DNA of 62,468 nt, filler included, from Dirinaria sp. TL-2023a (lineage: Eukaryota): assembly GCA_051941275.1 (NCBI GenBank). It is 8 parts of 8 records of this genome, joined end to end, with 100 filler letters (N's around TTAATTAATTAA, not from the genome) between each part and the next. Parts side by side here need not be neighbours in the genome. Positions count along the whole stretch, not along the records: positions 23,573 to 31,291 come from JAVEBF010001276.1; positions 31,392 to 39,094 come from JAVEBF010001277.1; 6 more parts are not named here. One strand, given 5' to 3'. Position numbers and translations under genes: made by a program. Shown here piece by piece: positions 25,178 to 37,620 of the stretch; within the stretch, counting starts at the first letter, position 1, and each line of letters starts with the position of its first letter. Below the pieces are notes generated by a model that saw only the letters and a program-made list of their open reading frames with translations, made no database searches and was not told the origin of the DNA.

Positions 25178-25981
25178 ATGGCTGTACAACAGTCGCTATT
25201 CAGGGGAGACATGCCGTGGTTCTGGAACCTAGACGAACGGGAAGAACGACTCAATACTGCGCTTGTCAAGGCTTGGGAAAATCGACAAGAGATCCCATTT
25301 GATACTCAAGGAGATATCGAACATGAAGAGCAGAACTTGAAATGGCGTCTGATCTCGGTATGGTATTTTGGAAGTCCAGTGTACCAGGAAGCGAACTTGA
25401 CGATGGACGTCATGGATCCCCTTGACACAGACATTCTAGCGGTGTTGAAGGACAGCTTGACTGAAACACATTACAAATCGTTTGACATTGGTTTCATCTA
25501 TAAGCACTTAAGCAACCTTCTCAACAGCACGGTGGAGACCCAAGAGCTTCGCGATCGCTATGACATCTATTCTTTGAATTGGTTTCCCAAGCCGAATGGT
25601 GGTGGTAAGGCCAAGAAAAATTACATCCATTGCCTACGCTGCCGGTTCCATTACCGATTTTTTAAACCTTTGATAGACATATCAGGCGAGTCCCTCCGGT
25701 TCTCCTGCTCAGGCTGTGGAGATAAAACAAACCTTTACTGGTTCGGGGAAATGCCCACGCAGTGGCTCGACCGATACAGAACCTGGCTGCTGGCTAATCA
25801 TGCGAGAATTCGTGAGGCGGCGCAGGCTTGGCATTTTTCATCACTTTCACGCAACCGCGTTCCGCTTAGATTGCCTTTGGCGGGTATTTTCAAACTGAAG
25901 AACCGTCATGTGGAGCTCATCTGCCGCGATGGCACGCCCTGGCAGGTCGACGAGATGGGAGACATTGATGACGAGGAGTAA
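25178..25981 (+). CDS. Hypothetical protein with two CxxC motifs (possible upstream exon 24916-25083 spliced to 25133)
   Basis: 267-codon ORF with protein-like composition; CLRC...CSGC; no family recognised. Confidence 0.5.
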   Translation: MAVQQSLFRGDMPWFWNLDEREERLNTALVKAWENRQEIPFDTQGDIEHEEQNLKWRLISVWYFGSPVYQEANLTMDVMDPLDTDILAVLKDSLTETHYKSFDIGFIYKHLSNLLNSTVETQELRDRYDIYSLNWFPKPNGGGKAKKNYIHCLRCRFHYRFFKPLIDISGESLRFSCSGCGDKTNLYWFGEMPTQWLDRYRTWLLANHARIREAAQAWHFSSLSRNRVPLRLPLAGIFKLKNRHVELICRDGTPWQVDEMGDIDDEE

Positions 25982-26840
25982 GAGACTAGAGGAAGAGCGT
26001 TTCAAACATGGCAAGAGCTGAGAGCCTCAAACAGTTGGTGATCCCGACAGTCAGTCTTACTCTTTCGCGATCCTCGCGTTCGCTCTTTAGTCATCTATAT
26101 GCCTCATAGTACATTTCAGCATGCTCGAACGCATTGGCCACCATGCACAGTGCATGAGCCACGGCCAAGTCGACGGCGGTCTTCCGAATCATTGGTTTCG
26201 ACCTGAGGACATTCGGTGATCCAGCGCGTCGGCAGGACGCGAGAATCATTGGTAACGGCTCTGCTAGGTCAAAAATAGGAGAGATTGAGACCCAAGGTAG
26301 AGTCTTGAGCTGGCTTTATTTGGTGTCGTGCCGGTTCACTCGTTTTCGGATTAGTTCAATATCAGTCTATACGCTGCAATGAAGCAAGTCGCTTCGAGTA
26401 TCCAAGGATTCAAGGATCCTATGATTTATACACTGTGCCCTTCGTACTATTCTTTCAAGGTATCAGCCTCTAACAATGTACAACGTTAGTAGCTGTCAGG
26501 AATATCAAGCCTGAGAAGTCTTCTAAATCAGCCAAAGGTTGATCACCCACGCTGGATAAGAACATCATGGTTTTGACAGGCTCAAAGGGGTTCCAAGGTA
26601 GAGGACCAAATCCGCTTAGCTTGCCAAGCTCGGGGCTTACAGTAGAGTCGGGTATTCCCGGTGTCCCGGACCGTCGGGCCCCGACAGGTACTGCCAAGCC
26701 TTCGGTGTCTGACATCTCGTCATTTTCGAGGTTGGCAATTGAAATGCGAAGATGAATATCTTAACCATGCCTGTCCATATCTCGTAATTACGTCCGCAAA
26801 TTACAGCATTTATGCCATCGTGCTCATCTCACCCTTCATT

Positions 26841-28334
26841 ATGGCAGCGCCATCCATCCCACCAGACCGTCGAAAGCAGATTCTCCGAGTGATCTTCATC
26901 TCGCTTCTCCTCGACCTCGTAAGTAATAACCTTCAGAACCTTTAATCCTCTGTGGCTTTGCACTCACCAACTCTCGTAGATATCATTCACGTTCATCCTC
27001 CCCCTCTTTCCCCAGCTCCTCGCCTTCTACCGCTCCCTCGAACCCTCGTCGTCTCACCCTCACTCCCTCCTCAACCGCATCCTCCTTGCGCTGAATACAT
27101 ACAAAAGATCTTTTTCTCGACCCATTAGTGACCGCTACGACATTGTGCTCCTAGGTGGCGCACTCGGGAGCCTTTTCTCCTTACTCCAAGCCATCGCCTC
27201 CCCATTCATCGGCTCCCTCTCAGACAAATATGGCCGTAGGACGGCGCTACTGTGGTCAATGGCGGGAAACATTGCATCTGTCGCGCTATGGGTCGCTGCA
27301 ACGGACTTCAGAACGTTCCTAGCGAGCAGGGTTGTCGCCGGGTTGAGCGAAGGAAATGTCCAGTTAGCCACGGCCATGGCTGCAGATATCAGCGACGAGA
27401 AGCAGCGTGGCGCTACAATGGCCATGGTGGGCGCTTGCTTCTCCATAGCGTTCACATTCGGACCTGCACTGGGCGCGGCGCTGGCCAATGTGTCAACGGT
27501 AGCGGCTAATCCGTTCGCGACGGCAGCGGGGTTCTCCCTGTTCTTGATTGTGGTCGAGACGATCTATCTGTACTTGTATCTACCTGAGACGAGGCCAAGC
27601 GTACGAAGTACAGAAAGAACCAGAGAGGGAGCGCAAGCGCCAATAGCGGCGGCGAAAGATGAGAAAAGCGAGCACACGCGGACAAACTCGCACTCCCTAC
27701 TCAACACGACACATTTCACGTTCGTCCTCTTCTTCAGCGGCATGGAATTCTCCTTCCCCTTCATGACCTACGATCTATTCTCCTACACCTCCTCGCAGAG
27801 CGGGAAGCTGCTGGGATTCATCGGACTCATCGCATCGATCTTACAAGGCACCGTGACGCGGCGGCTGCACCCGCTCCGCGTCGTCAAACTCGGCGTGATG
27901 GCCTGCGCCGCGAGTTTTTTCCTGCTAGGACGGTTGTCGACCGAAAGAGGACTGTATGCGGCCGCGAGCTTGCTCGCGGTGGCGACCGCGACGGTCGTGA
28001 CCGGTTTGAATAGCTTGAGCAGCTTTGAGGCTGCGGAGGGGGAACGAGGTGGCAAGTTGGGGAATCATAGGAGTTGGGGTAAAATCTCTCCCTTCTCCCC
28101 ATCCTTAAATAACCAATTTCCTGTTCTTTCTTTTTCTCTAAATAATAAGAAGCAAAGCTGATCTGAATAATTAATATAGGTCAATTGGGCAGGTCCCTCG
28201 GTCCGCTCGTGTTCTGTACATTATACTGGTGGGCGGGCCGAGATGTAGCATACGGCATCGGAGGATTGGGCATGCTGGGCGTCTGCGCGTTGGTCTTTGC
28301 CGGGTTGAAAGCCCCGTCCTCCTCAATTCGATAA
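26841..28334 (+). CDS. MFS transporter, tetracycline/MFSD10-like (exons 26841-26918, 26980-28078, 28180-28334)
   Basis: ISLLLDL/ISFTFILPLFP, MFS motif A GSLSDKYGRR, GLSEGNVQL, FSIAFTFGPALG, RSWGQLGRSLGP; multiple TM segments. Confidence 0.9.
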
Positions 28335-29171
28335 TTGGGCAAATGTAGCTAGCTTCTCGAGAGCACATTTTGGAGCTTTTTTTTTTTTTTTTTTTTTTGG
28401 GGGGGTTGTTTAGTCAGATATCTGGATCGCATATTATTTAATCCATTCTCAAAAATTCGCATTTAGAAATGTTATTGAGGGGGGGAATGCGGGAATCATA
28501 GTTGATTTACGTTGAATTTGAATGCGCGAGCTAGAATTGAGGATCGTGGTGGTGAGAATAGGGATTGGAAGGAGATGGATAGATAGATGGGGGTTGTTGC
28601 TTGATGATGAGATATTGGAGGAAAAGCCGATTTAGTATTTGTGTGGATATATCAGATAGAGCAGCCGTCTCAAGAGGGGAAGAGAAGAAGAGAGAAGAAG
28701 AATCTGTGTCCCGAAAAAACAATTTTTGTCTTTATTTTTCTTGGCGAGATATTGACTGAAGTCGTTTCTTTCTTCTTCTTTTCTGTTGTTTTTTAGTCGT
28801 AAATATAAATCTATTTCTTCTCTTAATATGGGGGGTTTTAATGAATAAATCACTCAATCTCCTCCCTTCCCTGTCCCCCTTCCTTCCCTCAAATCCTACT
28901 ACTATTATCTACCCAATCCTCTACATCCTCCACCTCACACACTCAGCAAAAAAAGAGTTCTTAACCAAAACCCAAGAACCCATAACTAACTTTTCTTAAA
29001 CTCGAAACGCGCGAGGTGAAGGATGAGAATAAATAGGTTCTGGCTGTGATCATGATTTGGAGGTTTGGATAGAGATAGATTGGGATGCTTGAGAGAGAAA
29101 GGATCGGTGCATATTTTATCTGTTTTATTCCCCCCCCAAAATGATCAAACCATCCCAAAACCCCCATCATG

Positions 29172-30011
29172 TCAATCCCATGCCATACCCTCAAACCTCA
29201 AAAACGGCGCCTCCCCAAAATCAAAATCGCATTCAAATTCCATCCCAAATCCCTCCGCACCATCACCATCACCATCACCCATCACAATCTCCACCTGCTC
29301 CTTCTTCCGTCCGACCTCCTTCCTCGTTCGCGGCTGCAGCATCGGTCTCAACCCCACCTCCTGCTCCCTCCTCCCTGCCGCCACCGCACTAAGAAACGGG
29401 TTCGAGCGCAGGGGATCCGGATGAATTACGCTTGCGAGGAGGGGTGGTCGTACATCACTATCGTCGTCTTCTCCTCCCTCCTCAAAAAGTCGTTTATTGG
29501 TATTCACTAGTAATGGTAAGGTATCGAATCTCTGAGGAGGTATGGTTGAGGGGTCTGATTCCTGGCTCGAGGGCCAGAATTCGCTATCCTCTCCTCCGGC
29601 TGGTGCGCTGAAATCGAGTGGTGGGAGGGAGTATGAGTATGAGTGTGAGTTTGTTTCCTCCTGCTGGTGGTGCTGATAGGTTTCTAGATTGCCGGTTTTG
29701 AGGATCCCGCAGTAAGGGAGGAGGGTGTTGATGCGGTTGTTATTATTGGAAGTGTGAGGTGGGGATGAGATTCTGCTGCTGCTGGCGTCGTTCGTGGGCG
29801 CGGGGGGAGGAGGAAGGTTGTTGTTGGAGTTGGTTGACGAATAATGGGGTTTGGAAACCGTTTTGTAGCCCTCCGGCACGGCTTTCCGGATGCGCATCCC
29901 GACGTTCAGCAGCGATGTCTGGATCGTGCAGGGCAAGGAGGGGAGATGCGTTGGTGTCGAACTGGGGTTGCTGCTGGTGGGTCGGAAGGTGCGTTTGGTG
30001 GGTCTTGCCAT
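29172..30011 (-). CDS. Ribonucleotide reductase inhibitor-family protein (Spd1/Dif1-like Hug domain)
   Basis: IQTSLLNVGMRIRKAVPEGYKT motif, LLPYCGILKTG, and C-terminal DFGEAPFL in an otherwise disordered protein. Confidence 0.8.
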   Translation of the reverse strand: MARPTKRTFRPTSSNPSSTPTHLPSLPCTIQTSLLNVGMRIRKAVPEGYKTVSKPHYSSTNSNNNLPPPPAPTNDASSSRISSPPHTSNNNNRINTLLPYCGILKTGNLETYQHHQQEETNSHSYSYSLPPLDFSAPAGGEDSEFWPSSQESDPSTIPPQRFDTLPLLVNTNKRLFEEGGEDDDSDVRPPLLASVIHPDPLRSNPFLSAVAAGRREQEVGLRPMLQPRTRKEVGRKKEQVEIVMGDGDGDGAEGFGMEFECDFDFGEAPFLRFEGMAWD

Positions 30012-30508
30012 TTTTGCGGTCGTACAAACGTGGTGTATTATGTGTATGCAAGTGATGCGACAGTTCTGGGGAAACGAGAATTTTTTTTTTTCTTTTTTCT
30101 GGGGAGTTGGGGGAGTGATTATTGGCTTGTGGGCTTATGGATTCGCGGTTGCGGATGTGGGAACGCGTCACGCTCGCGTGCCGATGCACGGAATCTCGCG
30201 TTTTGGCGGGTCAAGTGTGGTTAGTTTTAGCGCACGTGATGAGCTTTACCATAAGATAGCGTAGTAGGGTATTATTCGGAGTTGTCGCATCTCCCTGCTA
30301 ATTGCATAGGAAAAACCATATCCTCATCAACCAATACTGAGTAGCAATTGGCCCCTCGTACCCCAAAGAGGTTTCACAAAGTCGAATAGAGAGAGTTTCA
30401 GTCTGCGATAAGTCAGCAGCGATTTGGAGTCGCTGGACTCGGATGCTGAGTGTCTCTATTGACAACAGCAGCAGAGAAGTAGCCAAGGCTACGTACTTAT
30501 AGATGACT

Positions 30509-31291
30509 TTATCCAACCAAATACCCGACCACACTGAAGGGAACGATTTTGTCCTTGTCTTCTCCTTTATTTCTCCTCAACCCTGGATACGCATAGTAAG
30601 GCGTTGCCACACTGAACCAGAACACCACCCATAAATAGCCAACCGCTTTTGTCCACAGCTTGCCCTTTTTCCGAACCGTCTTATCCTCGTCGGTGAGAGA
30701 CCAGACCCAATGCACCGCATCCTCAATCATAATTCCCACAGCCATCAACAGGAAGAAGCTAGTCGCCCCGGATTCTCTCCATTCCAGACCCTGCGCAACC
30801 TCAATAGTCCCATGAAAGATTCCCGAAATCCAAAAGACGATAGTAAGATGTGTGTACTTGGTGAGAAGCCTCACGAACCCCGAAAACCGCGACACCTCGC
30901 CGCTACCCGCGCCAGTGCCGAGTCGCGGAAGCCTCAAAGCCTCGTAGGTCAGCCAATCGGCCCCGGCCACCAGGCGCCGGCGCATCACCTGATGCCATCC
31001 CTTGCCCCAAAACCCTCGCAGTGTGTATGCCTCTTCGATGACGCTGCCAAAGATCGGTCGTTCCAATTGCGGTCTCGAAAGGCCGAGTAGAACACCCAAG
31101 AAACTCCAATAGCAATAATAGCCCTGGATCGTCCAGTAGGCGCCGAACCAGACCCCGAGACGCGTCGTGATTCGCACGGAGAGATTCTCCATGGTCAACG
31201 TTCTGTGCCAGAGACGGCTGAAGACCGGAATCTGAGAGGGAGCATAGAGAATGGAATTTTGAGCGGGCTGACGGTTTCCGCGGGTGAGGAT
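30509..31291 (-). CDS. Membrane-bound O-acyltransferase (MBOAT_2 / TRI7-like), 5'-truncated
   Basis: PIFGSV.EAYTLRGFWGKGWHQ.MRR, FWISGIFH, FF...AVGIMIED, GYLWV. Confidence 0.85.
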   Translation of the reverse strand: MLTRGNRQPAQNSILYAPSQIPVFSRLWHRTLTMENLSVRITTRLGVWFGAYWTIQGYYCYWSFLGVLLGLSRPQLERPIFGSVIEEAYTLRGFWGKGWHQVMRRRLVAGADWLTYEALRLPRLGTGAGSGEVSRFSGFVRLLTKYTHLTIVFWISGIFHGTIEVAQGLEWRESGATSFFLLMAVGIMIEDAVHWVWSLTDEDKTVRKKGKLWTKAVGYLWVVFWFSVATPYYAYPGLRRNKGEDKDKIVPFSVVGYLVG

Positions 31292-31391
31292 NNNNNNNNN
31301 NNNNNNNNNNNNNNNNNNNNNNNNNNNNNNNNNNNTTAATTAATTAANNNNNNNNNNNNNNNNNNNNNNNNNNNNNNNNNNNNNNNNNNNN
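31292..31391. other. Artificial contig spacer
   Basis: N44-TTAATTAATTAA-N44. Confidence 0.98.
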
Positions 31392-32237
31392 GGGGATGAC
31401 GCACGTGGCCTGGTTCCACCAGCGTGGCTTTGATCCCGAAATGGTCCACTTCGTATAGCATGCTTTCTATCAGTCCCTCGACGGCGTATTTGGTTGCGCA
31501 GTAGGGACCTAAGCCCGGCACGCCGAGGGCGCCGGAGGTGCTGCTGAAGATTAAGTACCTTCCCCCCTTACCACCATCACCACTGCCTCGTGTATTTTCT
31601 TCTTGTTCTTCTTCGTCGTCGTCTTCTTCATCCTTTCCTTTTTTCTTTCCTTGCTGCTGCTGCCCGCGGGTGCGGAAGTACGGCAGGCTGAGCTGCAGGA
31701 TATTCACGGTGCCCCAGAAATTGACCTCGAACTGGTTGCGCAGCTCCCATTCGTCGTGGTCCTCGATCGATCCGATCACCCCGTACCCGCTGCAGTTGGC
31801 GATGACGTCCACGCGGCCCCAGTGCGCGATCGAGGTCTCCAGCACCGCCGACACGGTCTCCCGCACCCGCACGTCGCAGAGCAGTGGCAAGCAGGAACTG
31901 CTGAACGACGTCGGATAGGATTGCTGCATGCTGGACAGGGTGTCGTGGTAGCTGCGCCCCACGGCTGTGACGAGGTCCGAGTGCGTGAGCGCCGCTTGCG
32001 CCACTGAGCGGCCCATGTGCCCTGTTGCGCCAAAGACCTAGGCTTGTTAGATTTTGTTGGGGGTTTTGAGGCCAGGTTTTTGTCTGTGAGAGAGGTCGGG
32101 AGACTTACAATCCATACCAGCTGCTTTGGTGGGTTCTCCCGCCCCGGCGGATCGCAGCTGGCGGGCAGCTGGAGTTTGCGGGTTTGAGAGGCCGACGAGG
32201 GCGATAGAGTCGTTCGAGTAGTGGCTTCATTGTCCAT
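31392..32237 (-). CDS. Short-chain dehydrogenase/reductase, 3'-truncated (intron 32108-32038)
   Basis: VWI/VFGATGHMGRS Rossmann motif, NCSGYG, catalytic YCATK, LVEPG. Confidence 0.9.
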
Positions 32238-32649
32238 TGTTTGCGGCGTCTGGAGCCCGGCCTCGAGGGCGGGCTGTTCTCACCGATTCATTGTGAGTGT
32301 AGTGGAGTAGCTTCTAAGCTTCCGTACTGGAGTTACGCAGGAGAAAATGCGGGCCGAGGGATCTTGAGAGATGCCAAGGCTCAAACACCATTGGCCAATC
32401 ATATGCCAGAAGCTATACATCATTTCAACCAATTCCCGCATAAGCCTTGTTCCCACGGGCATCACTGACATCTTTCGTACCATCAACACGATTGTAAGAT
32501 ACCTGAAAGATTCCTTTACAGTGCTGACCCTATCGTCATGATCATTCTCTGTCTTTTCAATTCTCCACCAAGCAACTTCGTTCATTGGCAAAGCACTCGA
32601 TAGTGCTAATAACACGCTCGCTTCCTGCATCCGAACAAGCTGATAGATG

Positions 32650-34143
32650 TCAAGCACTGTAAGACGCGATGTAATACTAGCAGAAAAGACATCTGTCAGT
32701 CGAATTCATCGTCATGAGAGAGATAGGCGAAACAAGGAAGCGAAGGGGAAGGAGGGATGTACCGTGAGCACAGATTCGTCCGCGGAACCTGGATCCCCGT
32801 TCGTCAAGTAGACGTATAATATCAAGGCGTGCTCGTGGCAGAAACCTAAAACGTACATGCATCTTCAGTTCATGACCATTTCTACTTCCAGCCTCCAGTC
32901 ATGGCCAGGGAAGCGGAGAAGAAAAGCTGGAACTCACAAGCAATAACTCTACCGCCCAATCTGCCCACGCCCAACACCCGACCCCAATCTCTCCCCTCAA
33001 CCCTCACCCGCGCCCATCCGGCCTCCTCGCCCTTCGGCACCCCTTTCATCCTCGTGCTCGCCAGCTCTCTCATCCCCTCCTCCCCGCCTTCAACTTGGCC
33101 AGGGTCCAGCTCCGGGTTGTGCAGCCCTTCCCAAGTCGAGTTAATGCGGAGGGCGGGGGTGCTGATGGAGAGGGAAAGCTGCCCATGCATATTCGCTGCT
33201 AGCGTCAGTCGCGAGCTTGCTGACGACGGAGCTGTCGTCGGCGGCTCATTGTAAGCGCGCTTTGAGGAAAGGAGCGTGGATGTTGTAGCCGAAGAAGGGG
33301 CAAGAGACAATTTTGTAAAGCGCTCCGAGATCGCTTTGAGCTGTAAAAGTGGGGGAAGCATAATATGAACGTCTGGCTCGCGGCAGTGAGGTTCATGAAT
33401 TTGCGCGACGGTGTCTGGGGCTAGTACTACGACTGGAATTGATTGCGTAATGGTGGTTTCTCGATCGTGACCGCTATAATGGAAGTCTTCCGTCCGAGCT
33501 TCGTGGTCAGGGAAAGAGAAAGAATCGTCATTGTCCCCGTTGTTTACTGAAGGATTGTCAATAGGAGGGTTGTCGTTGCTGTAGGCGGTGGTGATAATAG
33601 CAGGCGCACGTGAGGAAAGGGTGTTCGTGGTTATTGTGAGGGAGAGTAGAGGGAGGTTATCCTTCTTGGTGAGGCGAAGGGAGGCAGAGGACGCGGCTAA
33701 GGCGGAGCGGAGCGCCCGCTGCAGATGCGCAAGCGGGCAACGCAGGTTGATGGCATTATTGTCGGCAGCAGACTGGATTGTGTAGGTCTCGAAGATGCTG
33801 TCCTAAATACCTGCTTAGTTCACTTGTTTCAGGAGATGCGCTCGAAAAGTAATGTAGAAACAAGTCTTTCCGTACGTACGATCGAGAGTACCCTACGAGA
33901 CTATTAGTAAGTCGAATTTTGACGGCACAAGCAAGTGCTCACGCCCATACTTGCGAGCCTTGCTCTGGGATCACAGTAAATCGGACGGCATTGTTGTCAA
34001 AACAGATCCAGACTTCTTTGCCGAGGGAGTTGAGGGACGCGGTCAACTCTAGCCAGAACGGTCATTGGGCGTAGGTGAGAGTAGGCAAAAGACGGCTTAC
34101 TCGTGAAGGTACTGATGTTGCGGATGGAGGCTTTGAACCTCAT
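32650..34143 (-). CDS. hus1: Hus1 subunit of the 9-1-1 checkpoint clamp (multi-exon)
   Basis: MRFKASIRNISTFT / LTASLNSLGK..VRFTVIPEQGSQVWA / IFETYTIQS..INL..LQRALRSA..LRLTKKD; EPDVHIMLPPLLQLKAISERFTKL; RDWGRVLGVGRLGGRVIAC / FCHEHALILYVYL; YYIASYSA*. Confidence 0.9.
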
Positions 34144-35001
34144 TCTCGGAGGGATTGAATGGACAATTACATAGGTTGAAGGTCCGAGGGGTCTGATCCA
34201 TCAAGACTTGGAAGGGCGATTGGATCGTTTGGTCATCCACTTTAGGGCTATAGTAGGGTTTGAAAGATTCGGTCAGCCATCGCAAGTACATAAGTAAGGT
34301 AGGTGAGATACCACAAGGAGGGAGACAAAATGAAGTAGGCGATTTCCGTATCAGTCTTCAAAATACTAAATCTGAACATGTACAATTTTGTACGGTGAAA
34401 GCTACAGGCATACTGGATCATTAGGTCATGATGCAAAAGAAGCAGTACGCGCAGAAAAAATGAACAAACAATTTCTACTCCAAAAATCTCGATGTTTCCT
34501 TTTCCAATTAAAACTTAGGTTGCTGGGAATAATTCACCTCAAAGGAGAAACTCACCTCGCAGTGTTTAAGAGCTCCAGAGTTCGACTGTGATTTGGAGAG
34601 CTTGTTTCAATTGAGGAATTAGGAAATTAGATAAATACATTAATCAAAGCGGATGCAAGCAGAGCGCCGTTTTTCTCGTCGTAGCAGTAGTAGCCCTTCT
34701 AAAACGCCTCCGTTTTCGTCTGTTTTGCTCGGAATTTTAGTTGCCATAGGTCGGATCACCGTTATGAAGCCGAAATCCGAAAATCAGACAACCCGATGTG
34801 TCGTTTCGAAGCGAAGGAAAGCCACGGTTTTCCGAGTCTCGTTAAAAATAAATGGAGTGCGGAGCATGCTAGTGCGGCTGTTGGAGCAGGCTTTGGAGTC
34901 GTGGAATGAAGACAAGATGCGCCAAAGCAACGTGGTTCGGTGTCGCATTGTGTGCGAAATGGCCCCGGGGGATTTCTGCTCCAAGCTTCTTACTTCCTCT
35001 T

Positions 35002-35751
35002 TCACTGCCGGCTCGTCTTCTCCTTCAATCCACCTATCATCTCCAGATCCAACTCCTTCCAATCCTGCCCCGCATAATACGCTGGCAACAGCCCTTCCTC
35101 CTCTTTCTCTTGCTGCTGCAGCGGTTCCAGTCCCACGCTGCCCATATCACTGACTTTTACCACGACCACGCGCCCGCTCTTCCGCTTCCCGCTCTCGTCC
35201 TCTTCTTCCGGGAACGTGATACGGATCTCGGGGATCGAGACCGGGCTACTCGATCCGCTATTTCTTTCACCTCCCATTAAGATCTCCTTCTCCGACACAG
35301 AGAAAACCGGTTTCGAGTTGCGGCCGTAGGGGGAGGCGGTGATGGTGAGCCGGCTACGAGAATGCCTATGAGTGCGTGCTATAGATTTCGTCGTCGGGGG
35401 AGCAGCTGAATAATTGTCAAGTATGTCTGCCGTCGAGGAGGTCGTAGCGGCCGAGATTTTAGCGGCTTGTTGCTGCACAATCGCGCGTTGACGGGTGCGG
35501 CGAGAGCGGAGGACAAAGAGGGCAATTATGGCAAGAATACCGACGATAACAAGTACAAGGAGCGCGATCAGCAGGTTGATCATTGTGGGAGTGAGAGCGC
35601 TGCTGGTTGCGGATCCGTCCGAGTGTTCTCGGACAACGAGTTTTTGTAAATTAGGCATTTTTCTGGATGTGGGTGCTTCCCGTGGCGATTGAAAGGAACG
35701 GCGATGATGATGGTGGGAGTGGGCGTGGGCGTGGGCGTGGTGAGCTGTCAT
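35002..35751 (-). CDS. Conserved ascomycete single-pass membrane protein of unknown function
   Basis: One hydrophobic helix (INLLIALLVLVIVGILAIIALFVL) followed by basic residues; C-terminal block PEIRITFPEEED..GRVVVV..GLEP..LPAY..LDLEMIGGLKEK. Confidence 0.75.
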   Translation of the reverse strand: MTAHHAHAHAHSHHHHRRSFQSPREAPTSRKMPNLQKLVVREHSDGSATSSALTPTMINLLIALLVLVIVGILAIIALFVLRSRRTRQRAIVQQQAAKISAATTSSTADILDNYSAAPPTTKSIARTHRHSRSRLTITASPYGRNSKPVFSVSEKEILMGGERNSGSSSPVSIPEIRITFPEEEDESGKRKSGRVVVVKVSDMGSVGLEPLQQQEKEEEGLLPAYYAGQDWKELDLEMIGGLKEKTSRQ

Positions 35752-36788
35752 TGTCCTTTCTTAGAACCTTTCGGAGGTTCAAGGAGACTAACACTGTTCA
35801 ATTGAGTTGAGCACGGGCTTGGGGGGTCTTGACGTAAACAAAGCTTCTTGGCGGTGCTGAAAGGAGGGGTTCCGGTTGTGGTTGGATTGTGGGATTGGGA
35901 AAGAACGGATAGGAAGCGAGCAGCTGAAAGAGTGAAGCTGCTACTTCCGAGAAAAAGAGTGTCTTTGGGTCGGAGGGAAGAAGGTGGAGAGAGGAAAGAG
36001 AAGAGACATCAAAGTACGGTAAAGTAAGGTAGGTAGTGACCCCCTTAGAAGAAGGGCAGGGAAGGGACTCCCGCTTCCCCTCTCGCGGTCCATATGAGGT
36101 GAGAAGGGGTTAGCCGGAATGAGCCTAGCGTGGTGAAATGCAATCTCCTTCCGCGCTTGGCGAGCTCGGCGAGCATTCCACCGATATGAAAAGCACAAGG
36201 AATGTAGCCAATGACGGAGTGACGATGTGACGATGGCAAAGATGGCAATCTCTAGACGCCCGTGTCACTTTTCACTATCTACCGTCCAGCATCTTTCTTT
36301 GGAACCCCAGTTCTGATGCTGGACACGTGCCGCGCACCCCGGAAGCCGCTCGATGGTGGATGGTGCAATCAGGGACTGTCATTATTTGCCCTGACCTCGA
36401 GGATGCCGAATCCGAGAAAGACCGAACGGTGGTGCAATCAATCATCAAGAAACCTCCCACGCTTCCATCCTGGTGCACCATCTAGCAGCTCCAATTCCCC
36501 ACCCCATCACGACCTTATATCCCAAGATCCAGCTGCAGGGACCAAGGAATATATCCCGCCATGTTACCTGATTGCTTGTACTGTAGTCTGCTTTCGCTTG
36601 TCGCCAAAAACCCATGTGCGCGCCGAAGGACCATGTGGCGCTTCGATGAGGCGAGGCATAGCAAGCGTCCGCGAGATACACATTCTGTAGATAAAAGTAA
36701 TGCTTTCAAAAATTGTTCTCAGTCTAGGTAGGAACGATGGTGCTTTCCTCAATCCACAGTTGATCCATGTGAGAAATCCACTTTGGAG

Positions 36789-37620
36789 ATGATGGCCGTT
36801 CTGAAGAAACCTCTTCGAGCTCTGTTCTTACTTCTGTCTCCTCTCCTTGCTTTGCACATCCCCTACAATGTTTCCACTGGGACGGCGACGACGACCGCTG
36901 CTGGACCCATCTGTCTTGATGCCCGTCTTTATCCCCAGTGGGCTACATCTTGGCTGTACCCCAAGGACTGCTTTGCGGCGGCAGTGGTTGCCTTCTATGG
37001 CCACGAAATGCAACATGGCTATCAGATCTTTGAGTTCGTAGCGCCAGGAGCTAGTTCTCGTACCCGCTACCCCTTTCAACGTACCCCACGAAAATACATC
37101 TACGGTAGGCTGTTGGTCCACGAACATGGAAATCAATCAGTGACTGTCATAGGCTCCTGTGTTATGGCCATTGCAATGCTTTCAACATTTGAACCAGGGC
37201 AAGTGCCTGGGCTGGGCGTAGATCTACAGAGGAGCCGTACGGACGTGGCAACATACGAGGATATCTGGGGTGCGGTGAAAGCGGTTTTGGACACGTGCAT
37301 TGAAAAATACTGTGAAGCCTGCCCGCATGGCTTCAATTTTCTCAGTACTGTGGGCTGGAATTATGCTGGTATAACGAGCTGCCCCTGCTTTGGTTATTTA
37401 CGGAGACTCGCTGACTCTGTACTTCATGCCTTTAGGTGCCCAACAAGACATCGGAGTCTTTTTCTTTGATGCAAATTCAGCCATCAATCGAATAATTGCC
37501 TCTGGACGCACTGTTCTTGTCAAGAGCCCAGATCTTCCTTCCCCTGGCGCCACCAAGGCTAGCACGAGCAGCTCACTGAACCCAAGCTCACTGTATCGGC
37601 AAGCGCTGAGAGGCTCGTGA
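36789..37620 (+). CDS. Small secreted cysteine-containing protein (probable introns 37105-37152, 37369-37435)
   Basis: Signal-peptide-like N-terminus, spaced cysteines, in-frame splicing to the 37436-37620 exon. Confidence 0.65.
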
